A stretch of DNA of 21,243 nt from a virus (taxonomy: Duplodnaviria > Heunggongvirae > Uroviricota > Caudoviricetes), in the IMG/VR virus record IMGVR_UViG_2698536657_000004, positions 1 to 21,243 of that record. One strand, given 5' to 3'. The notes under the pieces were generated by a model, which was not told the origin of the DNA, ran no database searches, and was given only the letters and a program-made list of their open reading frames with translations. This document shows, piece by piece, positions 1-7,732 of this stretch (its first letter is position 1; the number at the start of each line of letters is the position of its first letter). A program made the position numbers and the translations under genes.

Positions 1-16
1 CTGACTGAGAGTTTAC

Positions 17-544
17 TCACTTAGCCGCGTGTCCACTATTGCTGGGTAAGATCACATTACCCAGACCGGGAAAGACATTTCTCTCTAAGCTGCGCCAGAT
101 GTCTGCTGCATGGTCTTGTGAGATACCTGATGTCTTTACCTTCTCATCTAACCATTTCCGCGCTACGGCTTGGAGAGTGTGCTCAGTAGCACTCTTTAAT
201 GCCTTCGCCTTATCGTTGTTATGGATTTGGGGATCAACACCATTTGCCAGAAAGGAGAGATATTCATCACGTAAGGCTCTGGCTCTTGCAAGGGTAAGGT
301 GAGGATATGTCCCAAGGCTCATTTTGGTTCTTTTCTTGCTCACTGGTACTGCATACCTGAAATACCAATTTTTCTTGCCTCCTTTCGCCAAAGGAGCGAT
401 TCGTAGAATCAGACCATCACCGTCAAACAAGTTGATTTCTTTATCGGCTGGCTTGGTGCTTTTGATTTCAGTGTCAGTGAGCTTCTTAGCGATTTTTGCC
501 ATTTTGGGACCCTCGGTTTTTGGACCCTTCTTAGTGGGTCCCAT
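17..544 (-). pseudogene. P4-type tyrosine integrase, N-terminal arm-binding portion only (175 codons, then stop at 17-19)
   Basis: Translation shows the N-terminal DNA-binding region typical of P4/CP4-57-type integrases (NLFDGDGLILRIAPLAKGGKKNWYFRY...LGTYPHLTLARARALRDEY). Family members are about 400 aa and no catalytic domain is present in frame. Only 16 nt lie upstream of the stop, so frameshift versus true truncation cannot be resolved. Confidence 0.45.
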
Positions 545-597
545 TCAGGGTGCCATAACTCGTAGTTCTCAGCAATTCTCACTGGACGACAATAGAC

Positions 598-632
598 GTA
601 AAAAAGCCCGCAGAGCTTGTGCTGTGTGGGCT
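598..632 (-). terminator. Candidate rho-independent terminator (GC hairpin 606-632 then U6) downstream of the tmRNA 3'-end copy
   Basis: Minus strand reads agcccacacagcacaagctctgcgggc followed by tttttt; stem is short and imperfect. Confidence 0.35.
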
Positions 633-667
633 TAGTAGACTTCATTGAACTTCAAACAACTAAAAAG

Positions 668-693
668 TGGTGGAGCTGGCGGGAGTTGAACCC
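668..693 (-). other. att core: 26-nt copy of the 3' end of tmRNA (ssrA), reading GGGTTCAACTCCCGCCAGCTCCACCA on the minus strand
   Basis: Matches the remembered E. coli ssrA 3' terminus including CCA; identity stops abruptly upstream, so this is a partial copy, not a gene. It sits between the P4-type int fragment and the lambdoid int. Confidence 0.7.
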
Positions 694-827
694 AAACACC
701 GAATTTGCATAACAATATGAAAAACAAAAAATTTCAGATTATTTCTAAATGTTTTTATGTATTTCAGGTGTAGGTTTGTGTCTATTCTGTGTCCTACCTT
801 TGTACATATTTTGAAATATTTAAACGG

Positions 828-2000
828 CTAGATTACTTCTGAGATTGCTGTTTTTCCGTCATATTCTGATAAATATGAACCATAGTGTCTAAAAAGCATC
901 TCAGGTCCTTTATGTCCCATTTGACCGGCAAGCCAGAATAAATTTGCCCCTTGGCTGATATGCCTCGTGGCGAAGGTGTGTCTGGTTTGATATGGATTGC
1001 GGTAACGAACGCCAGCTTTTTTAAGTGTTGGGATCCAGGCTTTCTTGCGAATCGCTGCTGAATTAGCCCACGGCTTGCGTGTCTTTGGATCACTGAATAC
1101 AAAATCACTTCTCATCATCGTAAATGATTTCTGGGCCTGTAATGCCATTATGGCTTCACTGTTTAATTCAACTTTTCTGGTACCAGCTTTTGTTTTTGTT
1201 CCCTTTATCACGCCAACGACAGAGGCAACCTGTACGTGAACGGTATGACCAATAAAATCAATATCAGACCAGCGTAATGCACACAATTCTGAGCTTCGAA
1301 GGCCAGTATTGAATGCGAAACAAAAAAGGTTTCTCCATTCCTCATAGATGCAGGCGTTGTAGATAGCGGATGCTTCTGCTGGCGTGAAGGGATCTACTTC
1401 ATAATCGCCAGAATTGATTGCATGATTTACCGCATGGTATCTACTTGCGCTAACCAGCTTTACAGGATTTATTGTTATAAGTCCGTCAGTGACTGCTTCA
1501 TCAACTGCGCTTCTTAAAAATGACAGATTGTTTCTTATGGTCTTCAGTTTTGTCGTTCTTCTTGAAATCCATTTTTTTAATATTGCTGGTGTCAGATCTA
1601 CAACATGTAGCTTATGTAGTTCCGATAATGCGGATACGCATTTTTCATACCCATTTATTGTTGAAGGGGAGAGTTTTCTGTTTTTACAAATTTCCAGATA
1701 TTCATCAAGGTAATCTCTTACTGTTTTATTTTTCCTTACCATTCCAAATAATGCTAATTTTTTTGAGTTTGGAAAATGTTTTGAGAAATCAAAAGAGCCA
1801 TCGACAATCTGATTTTTTATTTCGCCGAGAAGTCGCTCAGCGTACTTAATTCCCTTTGCATTAGCCTCCAGTCTTGGTAAGGGTTCTCTGCAAAGAACCC
1901 CTTTATATGTGAAGGTTACAACTAGTGTAGAGCAATTCTTGTATTGACGAATTGTTATTCCTCTTGGGAGTGGTAAGGATCTTTGTTTTTTCTCGCCCAT
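828..2000 (-). CDS. int: Tyrosine recombinase (phage integrase), 390 aa
   Basis: C-terminal catalytic signature RNPYQTRHTFATRHISQGANLFWLAGQMGHKGPEMLFRHYGSYL (R, HxxR, Y); SD gagg 7 nt upstream of ATG at 2000; transcribed toward the att core as in lambda. Confidence 0.9.
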   Translation of the reverse strand: MGEKKQRSLPLPRGITIRQYKNCSTLVVTFTYKGVLCREPLPRLEANAKGIKYAERLLGEIKNQIVDGSFDFSKHFPNSKKLALFGMVRKNKTVRDYLDEYLEICKNRKLSPSTINGYEKCVSALSELHKLHVVDLTPAILKKWISRRTTKLKTIRNNLSFLRSAVDEAVTDGLITINPVKLVSASRYHAVNHAINSGDYEVDPFTPAEASAIYNACIYEEWRNLFCFAFNTGLRSSELCALRWSDIDFIGHTVHVQVASVVGVIKGTKTKAGTRKVELNSEAIMALQAQKSFTMMRSDFVFSDPKTRKPWANSAAIRKKAWIPTLKKAGVRYRNPYQTRHTFATRHISQGANLFWLAGQMGHKGPEMLFRHYGSYLSEYDGKTAISEVI

Positions 2001-2170
2001 TTTGAAACCTCAGTTAAATCAATCCATCGTTCTTTGGAGCCTTCCACATTTAAAACCTGAACCCCTTCCTTCCATACTCCACGTTGTAACCGTTTGTTAA
2101 CGGCATCCAGCGTTTCTCCCATATCTCGACACCATGTCGTTATGGGTACACAATCAATGTTGAGAGCCAT
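1955..2170 (-). CDS. xis: Excisionase-like small DNA-binding protein (71 aa)
   Basis: Small basic ORF immediately upstream of int, overlapping it by 46 nt; SD gaggt before ATG; assignment is by position and size. Confidence 0.55.
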   Translation of the reverse strand: MALNIDCVPITTWCRDMGETLDAVNKRLQRGVWKEGVQVLNVEGSKERWIDLTEVSKWARKNKDPYHSQEE

Positions 2171-2188
2171 AGTTACCTCATAAAACCT

Positions 2189-2323
2189 TCATCCACGGCA
2201 GTGGAACCACTCGTCAAACATTCGTTTCACAACGTCACGGCAGTAGAAGCCGTCAACATCACGGGTCAGGTCGTAGCGATTGCCGAATGTCTTGCGAACC
2301 CAGAACTCAAAAGCCGTATGCAT
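2189..2323 (-). CDS. Hypothetical small protein (44 aa, MHTAFEFWVRKTFGNRYDLTRDVDGFYCRDVVKRMFDEWFHCRG), below the 60-aa cutoff of the ORF track
   Basis: Hand translation of the minus strand; GGAGGTGA Shine-Dalgarno 6 nt upstream of the ATG at 2323; fills the gap between neighbouring genes. Confidence 0.3.
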   Translation of the reverse strand: MHTAFEFWVRKTFGNRYDLTRDVDGFYCRDVVKRMFDEWFHCRG

Positions 2324-2355
2324 GTATCACCTCCGTTGCATTGCGCGTAATTTTT

Positions 2356-2601
2356 TCAGGTGCTTTTCCTGCTCAGTTTCCGCCAGAATTTTGCAATTCT
2401 GCTGGTGGTCAATATGTTCGAACAGGCGGTGAACTCACCAATGCGTACCCGACCGGAGTGTCCGTCCATACGTCGAAAGAACACAGAGAGATCCGTACAG
2501 CGAGTAATCACTACAGGGTATCCGGCCCTGTCCGTGTATATTTGTCCGCGTTGAATAAGTGCGAACATACAGTTATCCCCAGTGGTAAATTGCAAATGCA
2601 T
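2356..2601 (-). CDS. Hypothetical protein (81 aa)
   Basis: Minus-strand ORF co-directional with the operon, starting 9 nt after the upstream gene's stop; weak SD; composition not strongly protein-like. Confidence 0.3.
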   Translation of the reverse strand: MHLQFTTGDNCMFALIQRGQIYTDRAGYPVVITRCTDLSVFFRRMDGHSGRVRIGEFTACSNILTTSRIAKFWRKLSRKST

Positions 2602-2610
2602 CAGGCCAGC

Positions 2611-3099
2611 TCATTTATCGTTCTCCAGTGGTGGCAAATCCGGCACTGTTACGCCAAACAATGCAGCCAGCGCACGATAGTTTTGCTCACTGTGATAGCG
2701 GCCTTTACAGCGAACCAGTTTTTCCGCAGCGGATTTGATTGCATCCAGTTCTGCTATGTGCTTCTGTGCGGCTTCCAGCTCAACACGCAGCTTCCCTACC
2801 GTTAGAGCAATTTCCTCGTTCTCCTGGTCGCGGCGTTTGATGTATTGCTGGTTTCTTTCCCGTTCATCCAGCAGCGCCTGCACTACTTCAGGGTTGAAAG
2901 CTGCGATATAACGAGCGTTGTTCTCTGCGTTTTTCTGTTCGTCGAATCCAGGCCAGTCGACAATATCTCCGTGATGATTATCTCCTGGTGTGTGTACGGC
3001 GTATGTGCCGTATTTGCCCGGCGAAATGAATGCGACCCATTCGCCCTGTGTTGCCAGTTGCGCCGCTTTACGCAGTGCCTGATAGTCAATTTTGCTCAT
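2611..3099 (-). CDS. Ead/Ea22-like lambdoid early-region protein (start placed at the internal ATG, MSKIDYQALRKAAQ...)
   Basis: N-terminal resemblance to Ea22-like proteins of lambdoid b/ea regions; central coiled-coil segment; GGAGTG SD upstream of the ATG at 3099; the track ORF begins at an upstream TTG. Confidence 0.65.
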   Translation of the reverse strand: MSKIDYQALRKAAQLATQGEWVAFISPGKYGTYAVHTPGDNHHGDIVDWPGFDEQKNAENNARYIAAFNPEVVQALLDERERNQQYIKRRDQENEEIALTVGKLRVELEAAQKHIAELDAIKSAAEKLVRCKGRYHSEQNYRALAALFGVTVPDLPPLENDK

Positions 3100-3103
3100 T
3101 TTT

Positions 3104-3370
3104 CTATTCACTCCGATATACAAGAATTACAATGTCACCTCTGGTGATGACGCGTGCTGGATCTCCTGGCTCCATACTGTCAATCCCGAAGGCTTCGGAA
3201 AAGGCATTCATTGCCTTCTGGCGTTGCTCCTGCTTACGGCGTTTATTCCATTTTTTCATGAACAACAGTGACAGCCACCGTCCGGCGCAGAACATGATGT
3301 AGAAATAACCAAGGAGCGCCAGGCCGACATTAAGAGCCGTATCTACGGTTAGTTGAGAGTCAGTTGCCAT
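3104..3370 (-). CDS. Hypothetical membrane protein (88 aa, one N-terminal TM helix then basic stretch)
   Basis: Hydrophobic segment LNVGLALLGYFYIMFCAGRWLSLLF followed by KKWNKRRKQEQRQK; ATG with weak SD. Confidence 0.45.
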   Translation of the reverse strand: MATDSQLTVDTALNVGLALLGYFYIMFCAGRWLSLLFMKKWNKRRKQEQRQKAMNAFSEAFGIDSMEPGDPARVITRGDIVILVYRSE

Positions 3371-3614
3371 CAGACTTTCTTACCTGTTTAAGTAATTGGT
3401 TGAACATAACACTCAGGGGATTGCTGTATCCAAACGGCAGATTGTTTACGCGATACAGAATCATTTTGTTTTCTGCTCCGGTTTTTACAATTAATCCTTT
3501 CCACAATAGCAGTGATAATTGATTACCGACGGAAACGGTACTTTTTCCAAGAGCGAGAGCTATATCCTGACGACTGCAATCCGGATTTTCCCGGATATAT
3601 TCAATAACGGTCAT
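3360..3614 (-). CDS. Small winged-helix DNA-binding protein (84 aa)
   Basis: HTH-like segment SRQDIALALGKSTVSVGNQLSLLLWKGLI; SD aagga 5 nt upstream of the ATG. Confidence 0.5.
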   Translation of the reverse strand: MTVIEYIRENPDCSRQDIALALGKSTVSVGNQLSLLLWKGLIVKTGAENKMILYRVNNLPFGYSNPLSVMFNQLLKQVRKSDGN

Positions 3615-3624
3615 TGGATTCCTT

Positions 3625-4206
3625 TTAGTTAATAGCGGTTTCTGATTGCATGCTGTGAGTATTCATTTCGTTAATCATTTCATTCAGAAGGAGTTCGAGT
3701 CCTTCTCGGCCCATACCTGAAAGAATGAAACCTTTATCTGGGCATGTAATGAGCATTTTCTGATAAAGAAACAGCGCTCTACCCATACCTTCTGCCTCGC
3801 CGTATTTTTGAATTAAATTCCATTCAATATACTGTTGTAAGGCAAAACGAATGGGACCGGGATATATCGTCATAAACCCATGCTTCCCGTTATATACTAC
3901 GGCGCGATCTGTTGTTCCGTGCTCATTCAGGATATCAATTGTGCCGTTCTTGTCTTCTTCTTCGTTGATGAATGTCGTCACATACAACCATCGCCACTGG
4001 GCAACCTTCATCTCAACCGGAAGTTTTCCCAGTAATCCTGCTTCGTCAGCTTGCGCGAGACACTGAAGGATACGTAAACCTCGCACATTAGGAGTATCGA
4101 ATTCTCCAGCATCCAGACGGCGGATTGCGTCGTGATAATCAATAGTCATACTGCCTGTTCGTATACCATTGGCTGTTGCTTCAGCCTGGAATTCAGCGTA
4201 TTGCAT
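3625..4206 (-). CDS. Hypothetical protein (193 aa), no recognisable domain
   Basis: Long ORF with SD gaggaa 8 nt upstream; start lies 6 nt after the upstream gene's stop. Confidence 0.6.
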   Translation of the reverse strand: MQYAEFQAEATANGIRTGSMTIDYHDAIRRLDAGEFDTPNVRGLRILQCLAQADEAGLLGKLPVEMKVAQWRWLYVTTFINEEEDKNGTIDILNEHGTTDRAVVYNGKHGFMTIYPGPIRFALQQYIEWNLIQKYGEAEGMGRALFLYQKMLITCPDKGFILSGMGREGLELLLNEMINEMNTHSMQSETAIN

Positions 4207-4211
4207 GAAAT

Positions 4212-4394
4212 TTATTCCTCATCTTCATCAGCTGGTGGAGTAACCTCATATCCTGCTTGCTTTACCATGAACAGGAATGTTGAAAAACTTCCTACAAGTT
4301 CATCGTCATGAACATGGCGAATAAATATTACTTTCCCGTTTTTGATGGTCAGCAATACTCTGGTTTGTTCGTGTTCTGCTGTTTTCTGATGCAT
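4212..4394 (-). CDS. Hypothetical small protein (60 aa)
   Basis: SD gggag 6 nt upstream of the ATG; tightly packed in the minus-strand operon. Confidence 0.45.
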   Translation of the reverse strand: MHQKTAEHEQTRVLLTIKNGKVIFIRHVHDDELVGSFSTFLFMVKQAGYEVTPPADEDEE

Positions 4395-4396
4395 TA

Positions 4397-4510
4397 TTAT
4401 CTCCCGTATGCTTTACGCAGAAACAAGCATGCAATATGCATGTAATTTTCACCGTATTGTGCAATAAGGCAGGCGGTCTTGTGTGATGCCATATTCTTTA
4501 TAAAAGTCAT
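4397..4510 (-). CDS. Hypothetical micro-protein (37 aa, MTFIKNMASHKTACLIAQYGENYMHIACLFLRKAYGR), below the ORF-track cutoff
   Basis: Perfect AGGAGG 7 nt upstream of the ATG; its stop overlaps the SD of the next gene. Confidence 0.25.
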   Translation of the reverse strand: MTFIKNMASHKTACLIAQYGENYMHIACLFLRKAYGR

Positions 4511-4592
4511 AATAAAACCTCCTGTGGATTAAGGGTGTGATAATCCCCGGCGATTAAGCCGTAATATATTATTCGGATATGACTTGTTTTAT

Positions 4593-4793
4593 TTAACTGG
4601 ATAGTTCTTTTTCAGCTGCTGCTTCAGCATAGCAACGTGCAAATTCAAGAACTTCATCACCTGTTCTTTTTATTGCGTCGTTGTCTGACATTTGTAATAC
4701 GACAACTGCGCATAATAAATCATGGATATTGTTTGCAAAGGAATCAGGTGCCAGGCATAAACCTTCATACTTATCATGGATATTGCCAGTCAT
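4593..4793 (-). CDS. Hypothetical small protein (66 aa)
   Basis: SD aaggag 8 nt upstream of the ATG at 4793. Confidence 0.45.
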   Translation of the reverse strand: MTGNIHDKYEGLCLAPDSFANNIHDLLCAVVVLQMSDNDAIKRTGDEVLEFARCYAEAAAEKELSS

Positions 4794-4798
4794 TGCTG

Positions 4799-5470
4799 CT
4801 ACTCCTTTGCCAGGGATTTACCGGTTAACAGCCACATCAGGTCACAGTTAAGTGCGCTGGCCAGAGGTACTATCTGATCGGCAGGAACTTCGCACACGCC
4901 GCATTCCCAGTCGTTTATGGGGTCGCTGTAGGTGTGAATCATGCGTGCCAGGTCTGCTTCTGTTAAGCCCAGTTTTTTACGAGCGCTTTTGATGCGCGCA
5001 CCAATACTTTCTTCCCGTGGTTCTGGCGCATTTACGCGAATAACAGACGCGCTATCTTTTTCATCCAGCAAAGAAAGCGGATCGCACCCAAGGACGTTTG
5101 CCAGGGGGATAAGCATGCTGATGGTTGGTTCGAATTCTCCGCTCTCCCATTGCAGGATGATCTCTTCATCGAGATCAAGCAGTCTGGCAAGTTCGGTGGT
5201 CGTTAAGCCGCAGGCTTCACGTTGGGCGCGGATTTTTCCAAAAAAGTGACCATACGAAACCATAGCTTTTGCCTCACATAGTTTTTCTGCAAAAATTGAT
5301 GCAGTTTCTTCTGTTTTTTGCAGAGAACGCATCAGGCATCTGATTGCATTATAAACCCTCTCACTTTCTGCTCCGTTTTCTGACATGTAGGAATAGATCA
5401 TTCCAAGCAGCGAACCGCCTTCTTGTATTTGTGCTGCAATTTCATCCATCACCTTAACTGCATGCTTCAT
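4799..5470 (-). CDS. Dual helix-turn-helix (XRE/Cro-C1 type) DNA-binding protein, first gene downstream of the leftward early promoter
   Basis: Two HTH segments (GLTTTELARLLDLDEEIILQWESGE and GLTEADLARMIHTYSDPINDWECG); start placed at ATG 5470 with AGGAGG 5 nt upstream; the track ORF extends to an upstream TTG. Confidence 0.65.
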   Translation of the reverse strand: MKHAVKVMDEIAAQIQEGGSLLGMIYSYMSENGAESERVYNAIRCLMRSLQKTEETASIFAEKLCEAKAMVSYGHFFGKIRAQREACGLTTTELARLLDLDEEIILQWESGEFEPTISMLIPLANVLGCDPLSLLDEKDSASVIRVNAPEPREESIGARIKSARKKLGLTEADLARMIHTYSDPINDWECGVCEVPADQIVPLASALNCDLMWLLTGKSLAKE

Positions 5471-5495
5471 ATGAGCCTCCTGTGGTTTTAATTTT

Positions 5496-5538
5496 ACAAT
5501 AGCCAAAGCGTTTAGTTATGTCAATCGCTATAGCTATG
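5496..5538 (-). promoter_or_regulatory. Candidate pL promoter with overlapping operator oL
   Basis: On the minus strand a perfect -35 TTGACA (5519-5524), 17-nt spacer and -10 TATTGT (5496-5501); adjacent palindrome GCTATAGC inside tcaatcgctatag, a 13-mer repeated at oR. Confidence 0.45.
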
Positions 5539-5599
5539 TGTTTTGGGCAGCAAAGAACAGATTATGCGAGAAATGAGACGATACGTAGGGAGTTGAGAT

Positions 5600-5633
5600 A
5601 CAGGAAAGTAGAGCAGCTGCGCAATACAGCTGC
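5600..5633 (-). terminator. Candidate terminator hairpin just downstream of cI
   Basis: Inverted repeat gcagctg/cagctgc (5613-5633) followed on the minus strand by a moderately U-rich tract. Confidence 0.3.
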
Positions 5634-5646
5634 CGGTGATGTTGAC

Positions 5647-6351
5647 TTATCCGACCCTGTTATACTGGATTGACTGATGAATGAGAACTTTCCCCATTAT
5701 GAATAGATGTTCTTCAGCTGATTCACTTATAAACCATTCCTTGTAGGCCGGATTGTCTGATATAACAGCAAGTTGCATCCCTTGCATTTGTAGGCGTTTG
5801 ATATGGAAGGTGTGCCCAAAAATAAAAATATAGATACCGTCAGTTTCAAAATTTCTGACGGATACGTCGACAAATACCTGATCTCCTGCACACAGAGTAG
5901 GAGCCATGCTGTCGCCATCAACTGTTATCATCTTTATGATATTTGCTGGCCTGCTACAGAACAGGCGTCTTGCAGCATCATGTGAAAATTCTATGGCATG
6001 GACCGTTTCTGCAAAATCTGACACAAGGAATGTTCCCGGCCCTGCGCTGGCTGCTATATCCAGGACCTCAACACGAAAAACATCCTTATCATTTTCCAGT
6101 GGGGAATATGATACCTGTGGTGTCGGATTGCAGGATGTGCTTTCTTCTGGGGTCATAGGACCAACACCGTACGATAGCCACTCGGGGCGCACGTTCAGGA
6201 TATTGGCTATCTCCACAACTTTCCTGGAGCCTGTGGCACCATTAACCAGTTTATTGACGCTCGATTGAGCCATGCCAACCTCTCTGGCCAGTTTTCCCTG
6301 CGAGTATCCGCGGATAGTCATAGCTAACTGTAGCCTGTCTGAAAAGCTCAT
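5647..6351 (-). CDS. cI: CI-type prophage repressor (N-terminal HTH plus C-terminal LexA-like S24 autopeptidase domain)
   Basis: HTH segment QGKLAREVGMAQSSVNKLVNG; S24 motifs GDSMAPTL and HIKRL; start placed at ATG 6351 with AAGGAGG 4 nt upstream; diverges from cro. Confidence 0.85.
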   Translation of the reverse strand: MSFSDRLQLAMTIRGYSQGKLAREVGMAQSSVNKLVNGATGSRKVVEIANILNVRPEWLSYGVGPMTPEESTSCNPTPQVSYSPLENDKDVFRVEVLDIAASAGPGTFLVSDFAETVHAIEFSHDAARRLFCSRPANIIKMITVDGDSMAPTLCAGDQVFVDVSVRNFETDGIYIFIFGHTFHIKRLQMQGMQLAVISDNPAYKEWFISESAEEHLFIMGKVLIHQSIQYNRVG

Positions 6352-6376
6352 AAGTCCTCCTTTTTCTGCCCTTTTA

Positions 6377-6449
6377 GTGTATCGCCTTAGCGATATATAC
6401 ACAAACCGCTTTTTCGTACATTGCAATCGCTTAAATCAATCGCTATAGT
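6377..6449. promoter_or_regulatory. Immunity region oR with candidate pR (rightward) and pRM (leftward)
   Basis: pR: -35 TTGCAA (6421-6426), 17-nt spacer, -10 TATAGT (6444-6449). Palindrome TATCGCcttaGCGATA at 6380-6395. Direct repeats caatcgc inside the pR spacer. The 13-mer tcaatcgctatag is shared with oL. Confidence 0.5.
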
Positions 6450-6474
6450 GAATAAAATCAGGTTGGAGGTCGAT

Positions 6475-6738
6475 ATGAAAAATGAAGGTATAGCCAAGGC
6501 TGTCGATATTGCGGGAAGCCAGATTGCTCTGGCCAGGCGTTGCGGTCGCGCGCAGTCAACAATTTGCGACTGGCTGAATGGGAAGAAAAAAATTTCTCCT
6601 GAATTTGTTCCGTCTCTGGTTAAGGCGGTTGATGGGAAAGTCCAGGCGTATGAATTTCGTCCTGATCTACCGGAGCTTTTCCCACACCCAGGCTTAGCGC
6701 ACACAGAAGATGGAGTGTACGAAGGAGATAAACAGTGA
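6475..6738 (+). CDS. cro: Cro-like repressor of the YdaS HTH family (87 aa)
   Basis: Translation matches the remembered YdaS-type motif pattern; GGAGG 5 nt upstream of ATG 6475; divergent from cI. Confidence 0.8.
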   Translation: MKNEGIAKAVDIAGSQIALARRCGRAQSTICDWLNGKKKISPEFVPSLVKAVDGKVQAYEFRPDLPELFPHPGLAHTEDGVYEGDKQ

Positions 6739-7442
6739 ATACAACAATTTTTACCGACAAAGCATCCATGACCAGCATTGAGATTGCCGAGCTGGTAGGT
6801 AGCCGCCATGACAGTGTGAAGAGAGCAATTGAACGTATTGCTGAACGATGTGTTACCCAACTTCCACCAATGGTGGAAGTTGAGAATAAACAATCACTTA
6901 GTCCTAATAAATATACTAAGGCGTACATCTTCGAAGGCGAACAAGGCAAACGCGACAGCATCATTGTTGTCGCACAGCTTTGCCCTGAATTCACCGCTCG
7001 CCTGGTAGACCGCTGGCGCGAACTGGAAGAACAAATCCGCAGACCAATGAGCCAGATCGAAATGGTTGCTGCAATGGCGCTTGAAGCCGTTCGCCAACAA
7101 AGACGTCTTGAGCAGGTGGAAGAGAAAGTCACCCACGTTACTGAAACCGTCGAGCAAATCAAAAGAGGCACCATACGCGATGGTTATGCAGGCTATCGTC
7201 AGCTGGTGGCGAAAACGGGTATGTCAGATGCGAAATGCCGCAATCTGGTGAACGCATATCAGATCCCTACCGACACCCATGAATTTATGACACCAGATGG
7301 TTTGTTGTCGCGTCGCGCGATTGTTGCAGTAGAACCTTTCATGGCTGCTTTCCGTCACATGATGAGTGAAGCAGAACCACGAGGTACTCGCTGGTATCAC
7401 CCGAAAATGGGACTGTTCCAGGCGCTGGGCTGGCAGGTGTGA
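6735..7442 (+). CDS. Rha-family phage regulatory protein with C-terminal extension (235 aa)
   Basis: N-terminal segment SMTSIEIAELVGSRHDSVKRAIERI typical of Rha domains; GTG start overlapping the cro stop (GTGA), SD aggag 7 nt upstream. Confidence 0.7.
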   Translation: MNTTIFTDKASMTSIEIAELVGSRHDSVKRAIERIAERCVTQLPPMVEVENKQSLSPNKYTKAYIFEGEQGKRDSIIVVAQLCPEFTARLVDRWRELEEQIRRPMSQIEMVAAMALEAVRQQRRLEQVEEKVTHVTETVEQIKRGTIRDGYAGYRQLVAKTGMSDAKCRNLVNAYQIPTDTHEFMTPDGLLSRRAIVAVEPFMAAFRHMMSEAEPRGTRWYHPKMGLFQALGWQV

Positions 7443-7461
7443 TTATGCTCACAGGTAACAC

Positions 7462-7632
7462 ATGCAAGTACTCAATCGCTGGTTCCGTGATGGAAGAGGG
7501 CGTCGCGTCCACGTTATACGCTGGGAGCCTGAAACACAGCGGGTTATTTACCTGCGTGATGGTTATCCGGATGAGTGCTTCAGTCCGTTGTGGCTGTTTC
7601 GTCGTGATTTTGTTGAGTGCGAAGCGCCGTAA
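7462..7632 (+). CDS. Hypothetical small protein (56 aa, MQVLNRWFRDGRGRRVHVIRWEPETQRVIYLRDGYPDECFSPLWLFRRDFVECEAP), below the ORF-track cutoff
   Basis: Hand translation in a different frame from the long track ORF 7439-8287; protein-like composition; ends upstream of a terminator. Confidence 0.4.
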   Translation: MQVLNRWFRDGRGRRVHVIRWEPETQRVIYLRDGYPDECFSPLWLFRRDFVECEAP

Positions 7633-7732
7633 GGCCTGTGCTGTTTACAATATTGATTTCCGGCGGTACACTTTTCTTATAGTGGCAAAATCCACTATCG
7701 GGAGTGAGACCCCGGAATTGATCGAGGCGACA

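Noticed and set aside
39-635. Plus-strand ORFs 39-302 and 324-635
   Set aside because: They lie antisense to the P4-type integrase fragment, have no ribosome-binding sites and are not protein-like.
2287-2805. Plus-strand ORFs 2287-2805 and 2360-2554
   Set aside because: Antisense to a co-directional minus-strand operon, low-complexity translation, no SD.
5647-6426. Full-length track ORF for cI including 25 N-terminal codons (MQCTKKRFVYISLRRY...)
   Set aside because: The extension would run through the oR/pRM operator region; the internal ATG at 6351 has a perfect AAGGAGG site and starts directly at the HTH domain.
6387-7174. Minus-strand ORFs 6387-6893, 6620-7174 and 6894-7157
   Set aside because: Antisense to cro and the first Rha gene, Cys/Ser-rich, no translation signals.
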